This document shows positions 36,599 to 47,237 of a stretch of DNA of 64,000 bases, one piece after another; position 1 is the first letter of the stretch; the number at the start of each line of letters is the position of its first letter. The notes beneath the pieces are model-generated. The model ran no database searches. It had not been told where the DNA came from and was given only the letters and a program-made list of their open reading frames with translations. The stretch lies in contig JAIEPZ010000008.1 of the NCBI GenBank assembly GCA_019748135.1, positions 31,453 through 95,452 on the forward strand, in the 5' to 3' direction. A program made the translations under genes and the position numbers. The DNA is from Hyphomicrobiales bacterium (lineage in GTDB: Bacteria > Pseudomonadota > Alphaproteobacteria > Rhizobiales > UBA4765).

Positions 36599-38656
36599 AT
36601 GACCACTGCCGCGATGACGACTTCAGTCAATCCTCTGTCCAGACTGCTCAATCGGCTGGAAGAGATCATCATCACCGTTATGATTGCGGCGGCAACGATG
36701 ATCATCTTCGTCGCTGTTGTGCACCGCTATGGAGCGGCAAGCGCAGCCGACTGGTCCAAGATCGCGGCGGCGCATGGCTATCCTGGGATCAGCGATTTCT
36801 TCAAGGCGATTTTCCTGTGGCTGGTCGCCTGGGATCTGTCCTGGGCCCAGGAACTCTGCATCTACCTGTTCGTGTGGATGGCCAAGTTCGGCGCTGCCTA
36901 TGGCGTGCGTACAGGCATCCATGTCGGCGTCGACGTCTTGGTCCTCATGCTGCCCGAAAAGCGGCGCAAGCGCGTCGTTTTGTTCGGTCTGCTGTGTGGG
37001 GCCCTTTTCACTGGCACCATCGCCGTTCTGGGCGCTGATTTCGTTTATCACATCCATCAGACCGGCCAGGTCTCCAACGATCTCGAAGCCCCGATGTGGG
37101 TGGTCTATCTCGCCGTGCCAGTTGGCTCGGCGCTCATGTGTTTCCGCTTCCTGCAGGTCGCCTGGAGCTTTTCGCAGACCGGAGAGCTGCCGCACCACGA
37201 CCATATGCAGGTGGAAGGCGTCGAGGAAATCAAGGGACCGGCTCCCGGATCGGTCATTCAGGTCAAGGGGGAACGTAAACGCCTTGGGCTGGCTCTGATC
37301 CTCGTTCCGCTTTTGATCGTGCTGATATGTGTCGGGCAAAAGGTCGGGGTTTTTGAAGTACCTGCCTCGCTTCGCCCCCTCATCGTGTTTGCGCTGCTGT
37401 TGTCGCTGATGCTGACCGGCATGCCGGTATCGATCGCGCTCGGACTGACGGTGCTGACGTTCCTGTTCACCCTCACCCAGGTGCCGGTTGCCTCCGTTGC
37501 CCTTAAACTTTTTACTGGTATTGAAAAATTCGAGATCATGGCGATCCCGTTCTTCATCCTCGCCGGTAATTTCCTCACCCATGGCGGCGTGGCGCGGCGC
37601 ATGATCAATTTCGCCAGTGCGATGGTTGGCCACTGGCATGGCGGCCTTGGGCTTGCCGCAGTGCTTGCCTGCGCCCTGTTTGCGGCCATCTCCGGCTCGT
37701 CGCCGGCGACGGTGGTGGCCATCGGCTCGGTCATCCTGCCGGCGATGGTGGCGCAAGGCTATCCGCCGCGCTTTGGCGCTGGTGTCGTCACCACGTCCGG
37801 CGCGCTTGGCATCCTCATTCCGCCATCGATCGCCATGGTCATCTATGCGGTGTCGACCAATACGTCGATCGGCCAGCTCTTCATCGCCGGTATCATTCCG
37901 GGAATTTGTCTGGCGTTTCTGCTTGCCTTGACCACCTGGTATCGGGCGTGGCGCAATAATTACCCGCGTTTGCCTAAGGCGACAACGCGGGAGCGTTTGA
38001 AGGCGCTGAAGGATTGTCTGTGGGGCTTGCTGCTCATCGTGATAGTCATCGGCGGCATCTATGCCGGCTTGTTTACGCCCACAGAGGCGGCGGCGATGAG
38101 TGCCGTTTACGCCTTCATCGTGGCAGTTTACGTCTACAAGGATCTGAAGCTCGCCGATGTTCCGCGTGTTCTGTTGTCCTCGGCCAATACCAGCGCCATG
38201 CTGCTCTACATCATCACCAATGCGGTGCTGTTCTCCTTCCTCATGACGCATGAGAATATTCCTCAGGCGATGGCACAATGGATGATCGACCAGGGGCTTG
38301 GCTGGATCGCCTTCCTGCTTGTGGTCAACATTCTGCTGTTGATTGCCGGCAATGTGATGGAGCCCTCATCGATCATCCTGATCATGGCGCCCATTCTGTT
38401 CCCGGTGGCCGTGAAGCTCGGTATCGATCCCATCCATTTCGGTATCCTGATCGTGGTCAACATGGAGATCGGCCTGTGCCATCCACCGGTCGGGCTTAAT
38501 CTTTACGTTGCCTCGGGGATAACCAAGATGGGAATCACCGAGCTGACGATCGCGGTCTGGCCCTGGCTTTTGACGATGCTTTGCTTCCTCGTCGTGGTTA
38601 CCTATTGGCCGGGTCTGTCGCTGTGGCTGCCGACAGTGCTGGGGATGCGAGGATAA
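36599..38656 (+). CDS. TRAP transporter fused small/large permease (DctQ-DctM fusion)
   Basis: 685 aa. The N-terminal ~200 aa are DctQ-like with 4 TM helices. The remainder is DctM-like and polytopic (…FFILAGNFLTHGG…). Confidence 0.85.
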   Translation: MTTAAMTTSVNPLSRLLNRLEEIIITVMIAAATMIIFVAVVHRYGAASAADWSKIAAAHGYPGISDFFKAIFLWLVAWDLSWAQELCIYLFVWMAKFGAAYGVRTGIHVGVDVLVLMLPEKRRKRVVLFGLLCGALFTGTIAVLGADFVYHIHQTGQVSNDLEAPMWVVYLAVPVGSALMCFRFLQVAWSFSQTGELPHHDHMQVEGVEEIKGPAPGSVIQVKGERKRLGLALILVPLLIVLICVGQKVGVFEVPASLRPLIVFALLLSLMLTGMPVSIALGLTVLTFLFTLTQVPVASVALKLFTGIEKFEIMAIPFFILAGNFLTHGGVARRMINFASAMVGHWHGGLGLAAVLACALFAAISGSSPATVVAIGSVILPAMVAQGYPPRFGAGVVTTSGALGILIPPSIAMVIYAVSTNTSIGQLFIAGIIPGICLAFLLALTTWYRAWRNNYPRLPKATTRERLKALKDCLWGLLLIVIVIGGIYAGLFTPTEAAAMSAVYAFIVAVYVYKDLKLADVPRVLLSSANTSAMLLYIITNAVLFSFLMTHENIPQAMAQWMIDQGLGWIAFLLVVNILLLIAGNVMEPSSIILIMAPILFPVAVKLGIDPIHFGILIVVNMEIGLCHPPVGLNLYVASGITKMGITELTIAVWPWLLTMLCFLVVVTYWPGLSLWLPTVLGMRG

Positions 38657-38767
38657 CAGCCGCATTCCTGCCTGTTGATGCTGGGTATCCATCAACGATT
38701 GCGTCCGAAGCTGTCCGGGTCTAGCACTTGGCCGTCATCGACCATTCGTTGAAGGAGGCCGTGCACT

Positions 38768-39850
38768 ATGGGCGATCTTGTCGGCATTCCCTGCCTCTAC
38801 ATGCGTGGAGGCACATCAAAGGGGCCGTTCTTCAAGGCAAGCGACCTGCCAGCCGACATCACTGCCCGTGATCGTGTGCTGCTGGCCGCCATGGGCTCGC
38901 CTGATCTGCGGCAGATCGATGGCCTGGGCGGGGCGGACACCCTGACCAGCAAGGTGGCGATCATCTCGAAATCGGAACGCCCCGGTGTCGACATCGACTA
39001 TCTCTTCGCGCAGGTCGATATCGCCAAACCGCTCGTCGATACCTCGCCATCCTGCGGCAATATGTTGGCAGCGGTTGCGCCGTTTGCCATCGAAACGGGG
39101 CTTTACCCTGCATCCGAGGGTGAAACCCGGGTGATGATCTACAATGTCAACACGCAGTCGCGCATCGAGGCGATCGTCAAGACGCCGGGAAAAAGCGTCA
39201 GCTATCATGGAGACGCGCGCATCGACGGCGTTCCGGGCACTGCGGCTCCCATCATTCTCAATTTCATGGACGTGGTGGGCTCGGTATCGGGCAAGATGAT
39301 GCCAACCGGGCAGGTCCGCGACACCATCGGCGGCATCGAGGTGTCGTGTATCGATGTGGCGATGCCGATGATCATGATGCGCGCTGCTGATTTTGGCGTA
39401 ACGGGCGATGAGCCGCGCGCGGCGTTCAATGCCAACAAGGAACTTTTTGCGCGCATAGAGCCCATCCGCCTTGAGGCCGGGCGGCGCATGGGTTTTGGCG
39501 ATGTGAGCGACAAGGTGATCCCCAAGGTCGGTCTCCTCGGGCGCCCGCGGGCAGGAGGAACCATCATGTCGCGTTATCTGACCCCGCATGCGCTCCACGC
39601 AGCCCATGCGGTCACCGGAGCGGTCTGCGTGTCAGCGGCCTGCGCGCTTGAAGGGTCAATCGCCCATGAGGTCGCGACAGTCTCGCCGGATAATCCGCGC
39701 ACCATATGGATCGAGCACCCGTCAGGTCAGGTCGATGTACTGCTGACGACAAGCGGCAAGGGCGCGGATATGGATGTGGTGGCGGGCACGTTGCGCACCG
39801 CGCGCCCGATCATGCGCGGCGAGGTGATGGTGCCGTCTCACCTGCTGTAA
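38768..39850 (+). CDS. PrpF-family isomerase (methylaconitate / 4-oxalomesaconate tautomerase-like)
   Basis: IPCLYMRGGTSKGPFF, then ...DGLGG...TSKVAIIS.S..., then ...PSCGNM. GGAGG RBS. This is the PrpF/GalD family signature. Confidence 0.75.
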   Translation: MGDLVGIPCLYMRGGTSKGPFFKASDLPADITARDRVLLAAMGSPDLRQIDGLGGADTLTSKVAIISKSERPGVDIDYLFAQVDIAKPLVDTSPSCGNMLAAVAPFAIETGLYPASEGETRVMIYNVNTQSRIEAIVKTPGKSVSYHGDARIDGVPGTAAPIILNFMDVVGSVSGKMMPTGQVRDTIGGIEVSCIDVAMPMIMMRAADFGVTGDEPRAAFNANKELFARIEPIRLEAGRRMGFGDVSDKVIPKVGLLGRPRAGGTIMSRYLTPHALHAAHAVTGAVCVSAACALEGSIAHEVATVSPDNPRTIWIEHPSGQVDVLLTTSGKGADMDVVAGTLRTARPIMRGEVMVPSHLL

Positions 39851-39882
39851 GCGACGCTGGTCCAAACGAGTTGAGGATTGCA

Positions 39883-40269
39883 ATGCATAGATACCTGATG
39901 GTGGTGATCATCGTCGTGATGGCTGCACTGCGCACGGGCGCTGCGCAAACACCGGAAGCGAAGTTCCCCGACGTCGTGGCCGTCAAAGTTTCAGCCCGCA
40001 GCAATAACACGTTTGATTTTGACGTCACGATGACCTCGCCCTATGACACCGCCCAACGCTATGCTGATGCCTTCCGCATCCTTGGTCCGAAGGGTGAGGT
40101 TTATGGCGAGCGCGTTCTGCTGCACGATCACGCCGACGAGCAGCCCTTCACCCGCGAGCTTTATGGTGTCACCATTCCAGCAGGCATCACATCAATCCAG
40201 GTTCAAGGCCGTGACCAGAAATCGGGATATGGCGGGCGCCAGCAGAGCGTCGCCCTTCCCGGTCGCTGA
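39883..40269 (+). CDS. Hypothetical secreted protein (128 aa)
   Basis: Internal ATG at 39883 with a signal-peptide-like MHRYLMVVIIVVMAALRTGAAQ. I recognise no family. Confidence 0.45.
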   Translation: MHRYLMVVIIVVMAALRTGAAQTPEAKFPDVVAVKVSARSNNTFDFDVTMTSPYDTAQRYADAFRILGPKGEVYGERVLLHDHADEQPFTRELYGVTIPAGITSIQVQGRDQKSGYGGRQQSVALPGR

Positions 40270-40298
40270 AAGAAAAACGGCCGGATCGCTCCGGCCGC
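40268..40298 (-). terminator. Rho-independent terminator (convergent gene junction; best oriented for the minus-strand MBL gene)
   Basis: cggccgga-tcgc-tccggccg is an 8-bp GC stem (40278-40297). On the minus strand it is followed by TTTTTCTTTC. Confidence 0.55.
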
Positions 40299-40325
40299 TT
40301 GCCTAATCAATCAAAGATAGGTCGT

Positions 40326-41297
40326 TCAGGCGACAGGCACGAAGGCGTAGCCATTGCCATCCTTGACGATGGTGCCAGCGCCCGGCACGCCCCAGTGATA
40401 GCCCGTCAGGACGGCCTTCTCGGCAATCGCCTTCTCGAACAGGCCCCGCCGATTGGTTTCGGCAAGATCGGGGATCGAGTCGAACACGATATGCCAGCCG
40501 GGGTTTTTCATGTTGAGCGCCGGTATATTGGTCACGTCGCCGGTGACCCAAAGCTGCGAAGAGCCAGAGCCGACCACGTAACTGGTATGGCCGGGTGTAT
40601 GACCATTGGTCAGCATTGACTTGATGCCGGGCGCCACCTCGGTGCCGGCTTCGGCCTGACGCAGATTTTTCCAGGTCGGGAAGGTTGCCTGAATGCGTTT
40701 GGCAAGGCCCTGGGCGGGCGCGGGCAATTTGTCGATGACGCCCGCATCCGTCCAGAATTTATACTCCATCGCCGACACGACGATTTCGGCATTCGGGAAA
40801 GTCTGGGCGTTGGTGTCTTTTGCCATGAGGCCGAAAATATGGTCGCCATGGAAATGGGTGACCAGGATGGTCGAAATACTCGCCGGATCGATACCAGCGG
40901 CCTTCATGCCGCTGGAGAAGACGAGACCGGTATTGGCGCCACCGGTCTGACCTCCGGTGCTGGAGTCAAACATGATGGTCTTGCCACCAAGTTTGACTAC
41001 TGTCACCGTGAACGGGACCGGCACATGGGCATCCGTCTGTCCGCTGGCCTTGAGTGCGGCTTTTACGTCGTCAACGGAGGCGTTGCGGACGAAATTCGGA
41101 TCATGCGGCTTTTCCCACATGCCGTCGAAAATGGTCGTGACTTCTGCGTCACCCACCTTGAATTTGGCAAAGGGTTTGAACTCAGGCCCCTTCTGCGCAT
41201 GGGCACTACCAATAAATTCAACTTGCCTGTCAAGGCCAAAAACCGCTGCCGCGCCGGCAGCCGACAACACGAAATTACGCCGGGAAAGAGACGTCAT
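40326..41297 (-). CDS. MBL-fold metallo-hydrolase with Tat signal
   Basis: Twin-arginine signal SRRNFVLSAAGAAAVFG and the metallo-beta-lactamase motif THFHGDHIFG. ATG at 41297 with a GGAG RBS. Confidence 0.8.
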   Translation of the reverse strand: MTSLSRRNFVLSAAGAAAVFGLDRQVEFIGSAHAQKGPEFKPFAKFKVGDAEVTTIFDGMWEKPHDPNFVRNASVDDVKAALKASGQTDAHVPVPFTVTVVKLGGKTIMFDSSTGGQTGGANTGLVFSSGMKAAGIDPASISTILVTHFHGDHIFGLMAKDTNAQTFPNAEIVVSAMEYKFWTDAGVIDKLPAPAQGLAKRIQATFPTWKNLRQAEAGTEVAPGIKSMLTNGHTPGHTSYVVGSGSSQLWVTGDVTNIPALNMKNPGWHIVFDSIPDLAETNRRGLFEKAIAEKAVLTGYHWGVPGAGTIVKDGNGYAFVPVA

Positions 41298-41600
41298 GCT
41301 TTGCTCCATTGAATGTGGCATCTGTCAGTTTCTATACACACGTGTGGGCCGCCCGCACGCAATCGACGATCCAAAAGCCGTCATTGTGCTATATCACGCC
41401 CAGTTGATGACCGTCGAACCCTTCACTACCGCGCCTGATGCACGATTTCGTGTGAATCGCGCGCGGCTTGAGGGTACTGGAGAATTCACCTGCATACGCC
41501 GTCGTGATCACCATCCTCCCATGTCATCCGTGTTGCTGCGCAGTGAATTATCTGATGTGAGGCTACGCCTCCTCTTTCAACCTTGGCAAGCAATCGAGAC

Positions 41601-42182
41601 TTATTTTCTCATATCCCTGACCAACGCCTCGACCGCTGACTGGGTCGCACCACGAATGCGGGCATTGGGGCGACCGCCGGCGAGAAAAGCCACCGCCAGC
41701 AGGATTTCATCCGCCTTCGGGCCATCGGGTGCGGCAATCGTCATCGAATCCATCGCATCATAGTTCCAGCCATCCTCGATGCCGCCGAAGATGATATCAA
41801 TCGACGTCCCGGCGGCGCCGACCTTGGCATTTCCGGGAATGAGAGCTGGTCCCCCTCCGGCTCCCTTGCGCATCGCAAGACCGATGCGCACATGGATCAT
41901 CGCCGCGCCATGTTCAAGATCACCCGCGAGCCCGACAAGCGCGGCCTTGCCATAGCCAACAGGCGTCAAAGGCCCCAGCGCTTGCATGATCTTTTGAGTC
42001 AATATTTCACCGCAACGCACTGAGATATCGACGAGTTCAGAGAAATCATCGAGCGGCGGACTTCCCGCGAAAGGATTATGAATGATGGCAGCGGCGGCGA
42101 TGCGACGCGTGGGCGCCACGAGCTGCCTGCCACCTTCGCTAAGAATTTCCTGATCAAACAACAGGATTTGGCGCACATCCAT
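41601..42182 (-). CDS. Amino-acid-synthesis family protein (PF06684/DUF1185-like)
   Basis: MDVRQILLFDQEILSEGGRQLVAPTRRIAAAAIIHNPFAG... matches my memory of this family's N-terminal pattern. Function unknown. Confidence 0.6.
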   Translation of the reverse strand: MDVRQILLFDQEILSEGGRQLVAPTRRIAAAAIIHNPFAGSPPLDDFSELVDISVRCGEILTQKIMQALGPLTPVGYGKAALVGLAGDLEHGAAMIHVRIGLAMRKGAGGGPALIPGNAKVGAAGTSIDIIFGGIEDGWNYDAMDSMTIAAPDGPKADEILLAVAFLAGGRPNARIRGATQSAVEALVRDMRK

Positions 42183-42226
42183 TCGAACCTGCTTTCATCA
42201 CGGAGATGGGATGGCCTCGTCGGAAT

Positions 42227-43156
42227 TCAGGCCAGCGCCCTGGCGCGCACGGCATCATAGGTCTTGAGATGGGTGGCGGCGATATCGAGTACCGGCAATG
42301 CCAGCCCGTGCCTGTGGCCGCGCGCCAGCATGTCAACCACGATATGATCGGCCTCGGTCGCCGCCCCGCGTTCGATATCGCGCAACATCGACGCCTTGAA
42401 CGGCGAGCCGCGCTCCGTGAGATTGGCGACATAGGTGGTTAATGCCTGCGGGGCGGGCTTGAACCCTTCGGCAGTGGCAACCGACGTGCACTCATCCAGC
42501 AGCTGGCGGACGATACGCTCACCCGATGGCGTTTCCAGGATATCGCCGATGGCAGCGCGCATCAGGCAGGTGATCCCGGCAAGCGTGGTCAGAAAAACAA
42601 ACTTATCCCACAAATCCTGCGCGATCGTGGTGGTGAGCGTTGTTTCGATTTTTGCCGCCTTCATGCTCTCCACGAGCCTGTCGGCCATGGGCGATGGCGC
42701 ATCGCTGAAGGCACCGAGACGAAACCGGCAGAGCGGCGACATATGCTGAATGACGCCATCATCGCGCAATGTCACCGAGATATGAGCAACGCCGCCCAGT
42801 GTCACGGCTTCAGGAAAGGCCTGCTTCAGCCGATCAATATGGCTGACGCCGTTGAGGAAGGGAATGATGGCTGTTCCGTTGCCCACCCCTGACGTTACCG
42901 CAGCGATCGCCGTGTCGAGATCAAAAGCCTTGCAGGCGATGACAACCGCGTCAAATGCAGCTGGTGCGTCTTCGGCCAGCCGCGTCTTGACCGGCACAGT
43001 CAACATGCCAAGCGGGCTTTCGATACGCAGGCCATCCAGTTTCAGGCGGTCTGCGCGCCCCTGCCGGACGAGAAATGTCACATCCTCTCCCGCCGCAACC
43101 AGCCTGCCACCCAGATAGCCGCCGATCCCGCCGGCACCCAAAATCAAAATACGCAT
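42227..43156 (-). CDS. 2-dehydropantoate 2-reductase family (PanE/ApbA-like) oxidoreductase
   Basis: MRILILGAGGIGGYLGGRL Rossmann motif and a C-terminal ApbA_C-like region. The second ATG (43156) is better spaced from the GAGGG. Confidence 0.75.
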   Translation of the reverse strand: MRILILGAGGIGGYLGGRLVAAGEDVTFLVRQGRADRLKLDGLRIESPLGMLTVPVKTRLAEDAPAAFDAVVIACKAFDLDTAIAAVTSGVGNGTAIIPFLNGVSHIDRLKQAFPEAVTLGGVAHISVTLRDDGVIQHMSPLCRFRLGAFSDAPSPMADRLVESMKAAKIETTLTTTIAQDLWDKFVFLTTLAGITCLMRAAIGDILETPSGERIVRQLLDECTSVATAEGFKPAPQALTTYVANLTERGSPFKASMLRDIERGAATEADHIVVDMLARGHRHGLALPVLDIAATHLKTYDAVRARALA

Positions 43157-43520
43157 CATGCCCTCTTGACGTCAGTCGGTGTCAGCCTGGTCGAGCGATT
43201 CACACCTGGTTGGCGCACTATGCCATAAGCAAAACGTCAACGAAGCCGAATTCTCAAATGGCCGTTAAACCGAAGATGGGCTCCCGGCATGGCACCGGCG
43301 CAAGGTGGCCCGTCAACGGTCGCAAGATTGCTTATTTTGCGGGCACATCCGGCCCATGACCTCGGCTTTGCATATTATCTAATCATTGACGCATAGCTCC
43401 GATTACCTGATCTGTTCTTTTATTATTTATTTCAAATATTTATCGATCGTCGTCACATGGCACGCGGATTGCTGTCTCCTCCAGACATTGGCTGGATTCA
43501 ACCAAGGGCCAGGGTGCTTC

Positions 43521-44900
43521 ATGTCGATGTTTCAAAATCCGTTTTCACCTTCACGTCTCAACCGAACCGGATGTGCCTGCGGGCGGCATGCAAGCCTTGA
43601 GGAGCATAATCGCTTTGCTGCCGAGGTGGTCGAAACGCCGGCGGCTTCCAGTGATGATCAGATCAGCCAGATCGTTCAGTCAGCCGTGATGCGGGCGCTG
43701 TTTCCCCATGACGAGAGCCGCCGCCTGTTCCTCAAGACGGTCGGCGCCTCAACGGCGCTCGCCGCCATCTCGCAGTTCTTTCCGCTGGCAACGGCGAGCG
43801 ATGTTTTTGCCCAGGGCGGGCCGCTCGAGAAAAAAGACCTCAAGGTTGGCTTTATCCCGATCACCTGCGCGACTCCCATCATCATGGCTCATCCCATGGG
43901 TTTTTACGAAAAGCAGGGTCTGAATGTCGAAGTCGTCAAGACGGCGGGTTGGGCCGTCATCCGCGACAAGACAATCAACAAGGAATATGACGCCGCGCAC
44001 ATGCTGTCGCCGATGCCAATCGCGCTGACGGTCGGCGCTGGCTCGAACCCCATCCCCTATACGATGCCGGCGGTGGAGAACATCAATGGTCAGGCGATCA
44101 CGCTTGCCGTGAAGCACAAGGACAAGCGCGACCCGAAATCATGGAAAGGCTTCAAGTTCGCCGTTCCGTTTGACTATTCGATGCACAATTACCTGTTGCG
44201 CTACTATCTCGCAGAACATGGCATCGACCCTGATGCGGATGTGCAGATCCGCTCGGTCCCGCCGCCGGAAATGGTCGCCAATCTGCGGGCCGACAATATC
44301 GACGGCTTCCTGGCGCCTGACCCCGTCAACCAGCGCGCCGTCTATGACGGTGTCGGCTTCATTCACATCCTGTCGAAAGAAATCTGGGACGGCCACCCGT
44401 GCTGTGCCTTCGCCGCCTCGCGGGAATTCGTGACGACGATGCCCAATACCTACAAGGCCCTGCTGAAGTCGATCATAGAGGCAACGGCCTTCGCCCAGAA
44501 GCATGAGAACCGCAAGCAAATCGCCGAAGCGATTGCCCCGGCCAATTACCTCAACCAGCCGGTGACGGTGGTCGAGCAGGTACTGACTGGCACCTTCGCC
44601 GACGGTCTCGGCGCCATCCGCAAGGACCCGGACCGCATCGCCTTCGATCCCTTCCCCTGGGAAAGCTTTGCGGTGTGGATTCTGACGCAGATGAAGCGCT
44701 GGGGGCAGATCAAGGGCGATGTCGATTATGCGTCGATCGCCCGCCAGGTATTCCTCGCGACCGAAACGAGCGCCGTGATGAAGGAGGCGGGGCTTACTCC
44801 TCCCGCCACCTCGACGAAGGGGTTTTCGGTGATGGGCAAAGCGTTCGACCCATCGAAGCCGGCGGATTATGTGGCTTCCTTTGCCATCAGGCGCGGCTGA
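43521..44900 (+). CDS. ABC transporter substrate-binding protein, NrtA/CmpA/CynA family
   Basis: Tat-like SRRLFLKTVGASTALAAI, then KVGFIPITCATPI, HMLSPMP and LAPDPVNQRAV, which are NrtA-family motifs. I prefer the ATG at 43521. Confidence 0.8.
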   Translation: MSMFQNPFSPSRLNRTGCACGRHASLEEHNRFAAEVVETPAASSDDQISQIVQSAVMRALFPHDESRRLFLKTVGASTALAAISQFFPLATASDVFAQGGPLEKKDLKVGFIPITCATPIIMAHPMGFYEKQGLNVEVVKTAGWAVIRDKTINKEYDAAHMLSPMPIALTVGAGSNPIPYTMPAVENINGQAITLAVKHKDKRDPKSWKGFKFAVPFDYSMHNYLLRYYLAEHGIDPDADVQIRSVPPPEMVANLRADNIDGFLAPDPVNQRAVYDGVGFIHILSKEIWDGHPCCAFAASREFVTTMPNTYKALLKSIIEATAFAQKHENRKQIAEAIAPANYLNQPVTVVEQVLTGTFADGLGAIRKDPDRIAFDPFPWESFAVWILTQMKRWGQIKGDVDYASIARQVFLATETSAVMKEAGLTPPATSTKGFSVMGKAFDPSKPADYVASFAIRRG

Positions 44901-44904
44901 GGGA

Positions 44905-45744
44905 ATGACAAAGACACTGCCCTTTCGTGCCGGCCTGTTGTCGATGGTGATCCTGGGGATTTTCCTTGGTGCCTGGCACATTGCCACTGCGGGATCGGGA
45001 CCGGTTGCCAATATCGACCCGGAATATGCCAAATTGCTCGGGCAGACAGCGACGCAGGGAAAATCGGCGATGCCCGGCCCACTCGATGTCGGGCGGGCTT
45101 TGTGGACGCATCTGCGCGATCCTTTCTATGATCGCGGCACCAATGACAAGGGGATCGGCATCCAGATCGCCTGGTCGGTTGCGCGCGTAGCGGCCGGATA
45201 CGGGCTTGCGATCCTGGTGGCGCTGCCGCTGGGGTTCGTCATCGGCATGTCGGCGTTGATCAGCCGGGCGCTTGATCCGTTCATCCAGATCATGAAACCC
45301 ATTTCACCCCTCGCCTGGATGCCGCTCGCGCTCTACACCATCAAGGATTCAGGGCTGTCGGCCATCTTCGTTATCTTCATCTGTTCATTGTGGCCGATGC
45401 TGATCAATACGGCCTTCGGCGTTGCCAGTGTCCGGCGCGAATGGCTCAACGTCGCGCGCACCCTTGAGGTGGGACCGCTGCGCAAGGCCTTCACCGTCAT
45501 TCTGCCCGCCGCAGCGCCGACCATCCTGACCGGCATGCGTATTTCGATTGGCATTGCCTGGCTGGTGATCGTCGCCGCTGAGATGCTGGTCGGCGGCACA
45601 GGCATTGGCTATTTCGTGTGGAATGAGTGGAACAACCTGTCGATCACCAACGTCATCATTGCGATTTTAGCAATCGGCGTCGTCGGCATGGCACTTGACC
45701 TGGTGCTGTCGCGGCTGACGCGCCTTGTCAGCTATCCGGAATAG
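44905..45744 (+). CDS. ABC transporter permease (NrtB/CynB-like)
   Basis: Polytopic protein with an EAA-like loop region and the family-typical ending ...FVWNEWNNL... ATG at 44905 with a GAGGGA RBS. Confidence 0.85.
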   Translation: MTKTLPFRAGLLSMVILGIFLGAWHIATAGSGPVANIDPEYAKLLGQTATQGKSAMPGPLDVGRALWTHLRDPFYDRGTNDKGIGIQIAWSVARVAAGYGLAILVALPLGFVIGMSALISRALDPFIQIMKPISPLAWMPLALYTIKDSGLSAIFVIFICSLWPMLINTAFGVASVRREWLNVARTLEVGPLRKAFTVILPAAAPTILTGMRISIGIAWLVIVAAEMLVGGTGIGYFVWNEWNNLSITNVIIAILAIGVVGMALDLVLSRLTRLVSYPE

Positions 45745-45749
45745 CTGAG

Positions 45750-46652
45750 ATGTCAGAGCGCTTCATCTCGATTGAGGGCATCGCCCGCGCCTACCCTTCG
45801 GCTAGCGGGGTGCCGGTCGCGGTGTTTGAGGACCTATGGTTTTCGATAGGTCGCGGCGAATTCGTCTGCGCCATCGGCCATTCAGGCTGCGGCAAGACGA
45901 CGGTATTGAACATCCTTGCAGGTCTTGATGAACCGTCCACCGGTGTCGTGGTGGTCGATGGCAAGGGTATAGAAGGCCCAAGCCTCGACCGCGCGGTCAT
46001 CTTCCAGTCGCACGCCCTGCTGCCGTGGAAAACGGTGCTGGGCAATGTCGCTTACGCGGTGAAATCGCGCTGGCCCAATTGGTCAGCCGACAAGATCAAG
46101 GCACATGCGGAAAAGGCACTGGGAGTGGTTGGCCTTTCGGGCGCTGAATTCAAGAAGCCTGCCGAGCTCTCAGGCGGCATGAAACAACGTGTCGGCATTG
46201 CGCGCGCGCTGGCGATTGAACCGAAAATCCTGCTGATGGATGAACCCTTCTCAGCACTCGATGCGCTGACGCGCGGCACACTGCAAGATGAGGTCCGACG
46301 TATCTGTCGCGATACCAGCCAGACGGTCTTCATGATCACCCATGACGTTGACGAAGCGATTTATCTTGCTGACAAGATCGTTCTGATGACCAATGGTCCC
46401 GGCGCTCAAATCGCCGAAATCGTCGACAACCCGCTGCCGATCGAGCGCGCGCGCGCGGAAGTGCACAAGCACCCCGACTATTACGCGGTGCGCAATCATA
46501 TCGTCGATTTCCTTGTATCGCGCTCCAGGAATTTTGCTGAAGAAGAAGCGGCGCGCCTTGCGCGCGGCGTACAGCGCAATAATCGGCACCCGCCGGTGGT
46601 TCGGCCGCTTGCCGACACCATCATGCCCGGCGCGACGCGTGCCGCAAGCTAG
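45750..46652 (+). CDS. ABC transporter ATP-binding protein (NrtD/CynD-like)
   Basis: Walker [10 protein letters not shown], signature LSGGMKQRV and Walker [13 protein letters not shown]. Confidence 0.85.
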   Translation: MSERFISIEGIARAYPSASGVPVAVFEDLWFSIGRGEFVCAIGHSGCGKTTVLNILAGLDEPSTGVVVVDGKGIEGPSLDRAVIFQSHALLPWKTVLGNVAYAVKSRWPNWSADKIKAHAEKALGVVGLSGAEFKKPAELSGGMKQRVGIARALAIEPKILLMDEPFSALDALTRGTLQDEVRRICRDTSQTVFMITHDVDEAIYLADKIVLMTNGPGAQIAEIVDNPLPIERARAEVHKHPDYYAVRNHIVDFLVSRSRNFAEEEAARLARGVQRNNRHPPVVRPLADTIMPGATRAAS

Positions 46653-46686
46653 CTTTGTTCACACATAGCCACCCAAGGAGCATCTC

Positions 46687-47172
46687 ATGATCCGCGCCCA
46701 ACTGACCGAAAAGATCCTCGATATCAAGCGCCGGAATGGCTGGACGTGGAAGTATATCGTCGACCATATCAATGGCATGGCTCCTACCCTCGTCGTGGGG
46801 GCGCTGCTTGGCCAGATGAAGCTCGTCAAGCCTCTTGCCAGGCGCGCTGCCGAACTTTTCGGCCTGTCGGCGGAAGAAGAGGCGATGCTGAACGAGGTGC
46901 CCAATCGAGGCACGCCGATGCCGCCAACCGACCCGCTGATTTATCGCTTCTATGAAATGGTGATGATCAACGGCCCGGCGTGGAAGGCGCTGATCGAGGA
47001 GGAGTTCGGGGACGGCATCATGTCAGCCATCGATTTTGACTGTCATATCGAGCGCCAGCCAAATCCCAAGGGTGACCGGGTCAAGATCAATCTCACCGGC
47101 AAGTTCCTGCCCTACAAATATTACGGCAATGAGCAGGGCGTTCCTGAATATGGCTTCAAGGAGCAAGGCTGA
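46687..47172 (+). CDS. cynS: Cyanase (cyanate hydratase)
   Basis: 161 aa. ...ILDIKRRNGWTW..I......P..VVGALLGQ... and the C-terminal ...DRVKI.L.GKFLPYK are cyanase hallmarks. AAGGAG RBS. Confidence 0.9.
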   Translation: MIRAQLTEKILDIKRRNGWTWKYIVDHINGMAPTLVVGALLGQMKLVKPLARRAAELFGLSAEEEAMLNEVPNRGTPMPPTDPLIYRFYEMVMINGPAWKALIEEEFGDGIMSAIDFDCHIERQPNPKGDRVKINLTGKFLPYKYYGNEQGVPEYGFKEQG

Positions 47173-47237
47173 GCGCGCAGGCTCATCTGCCTGCAGTGCC
47201 AGGAATAAGGGCGCCGCCGGCCAGCGACCCCCTAGGC

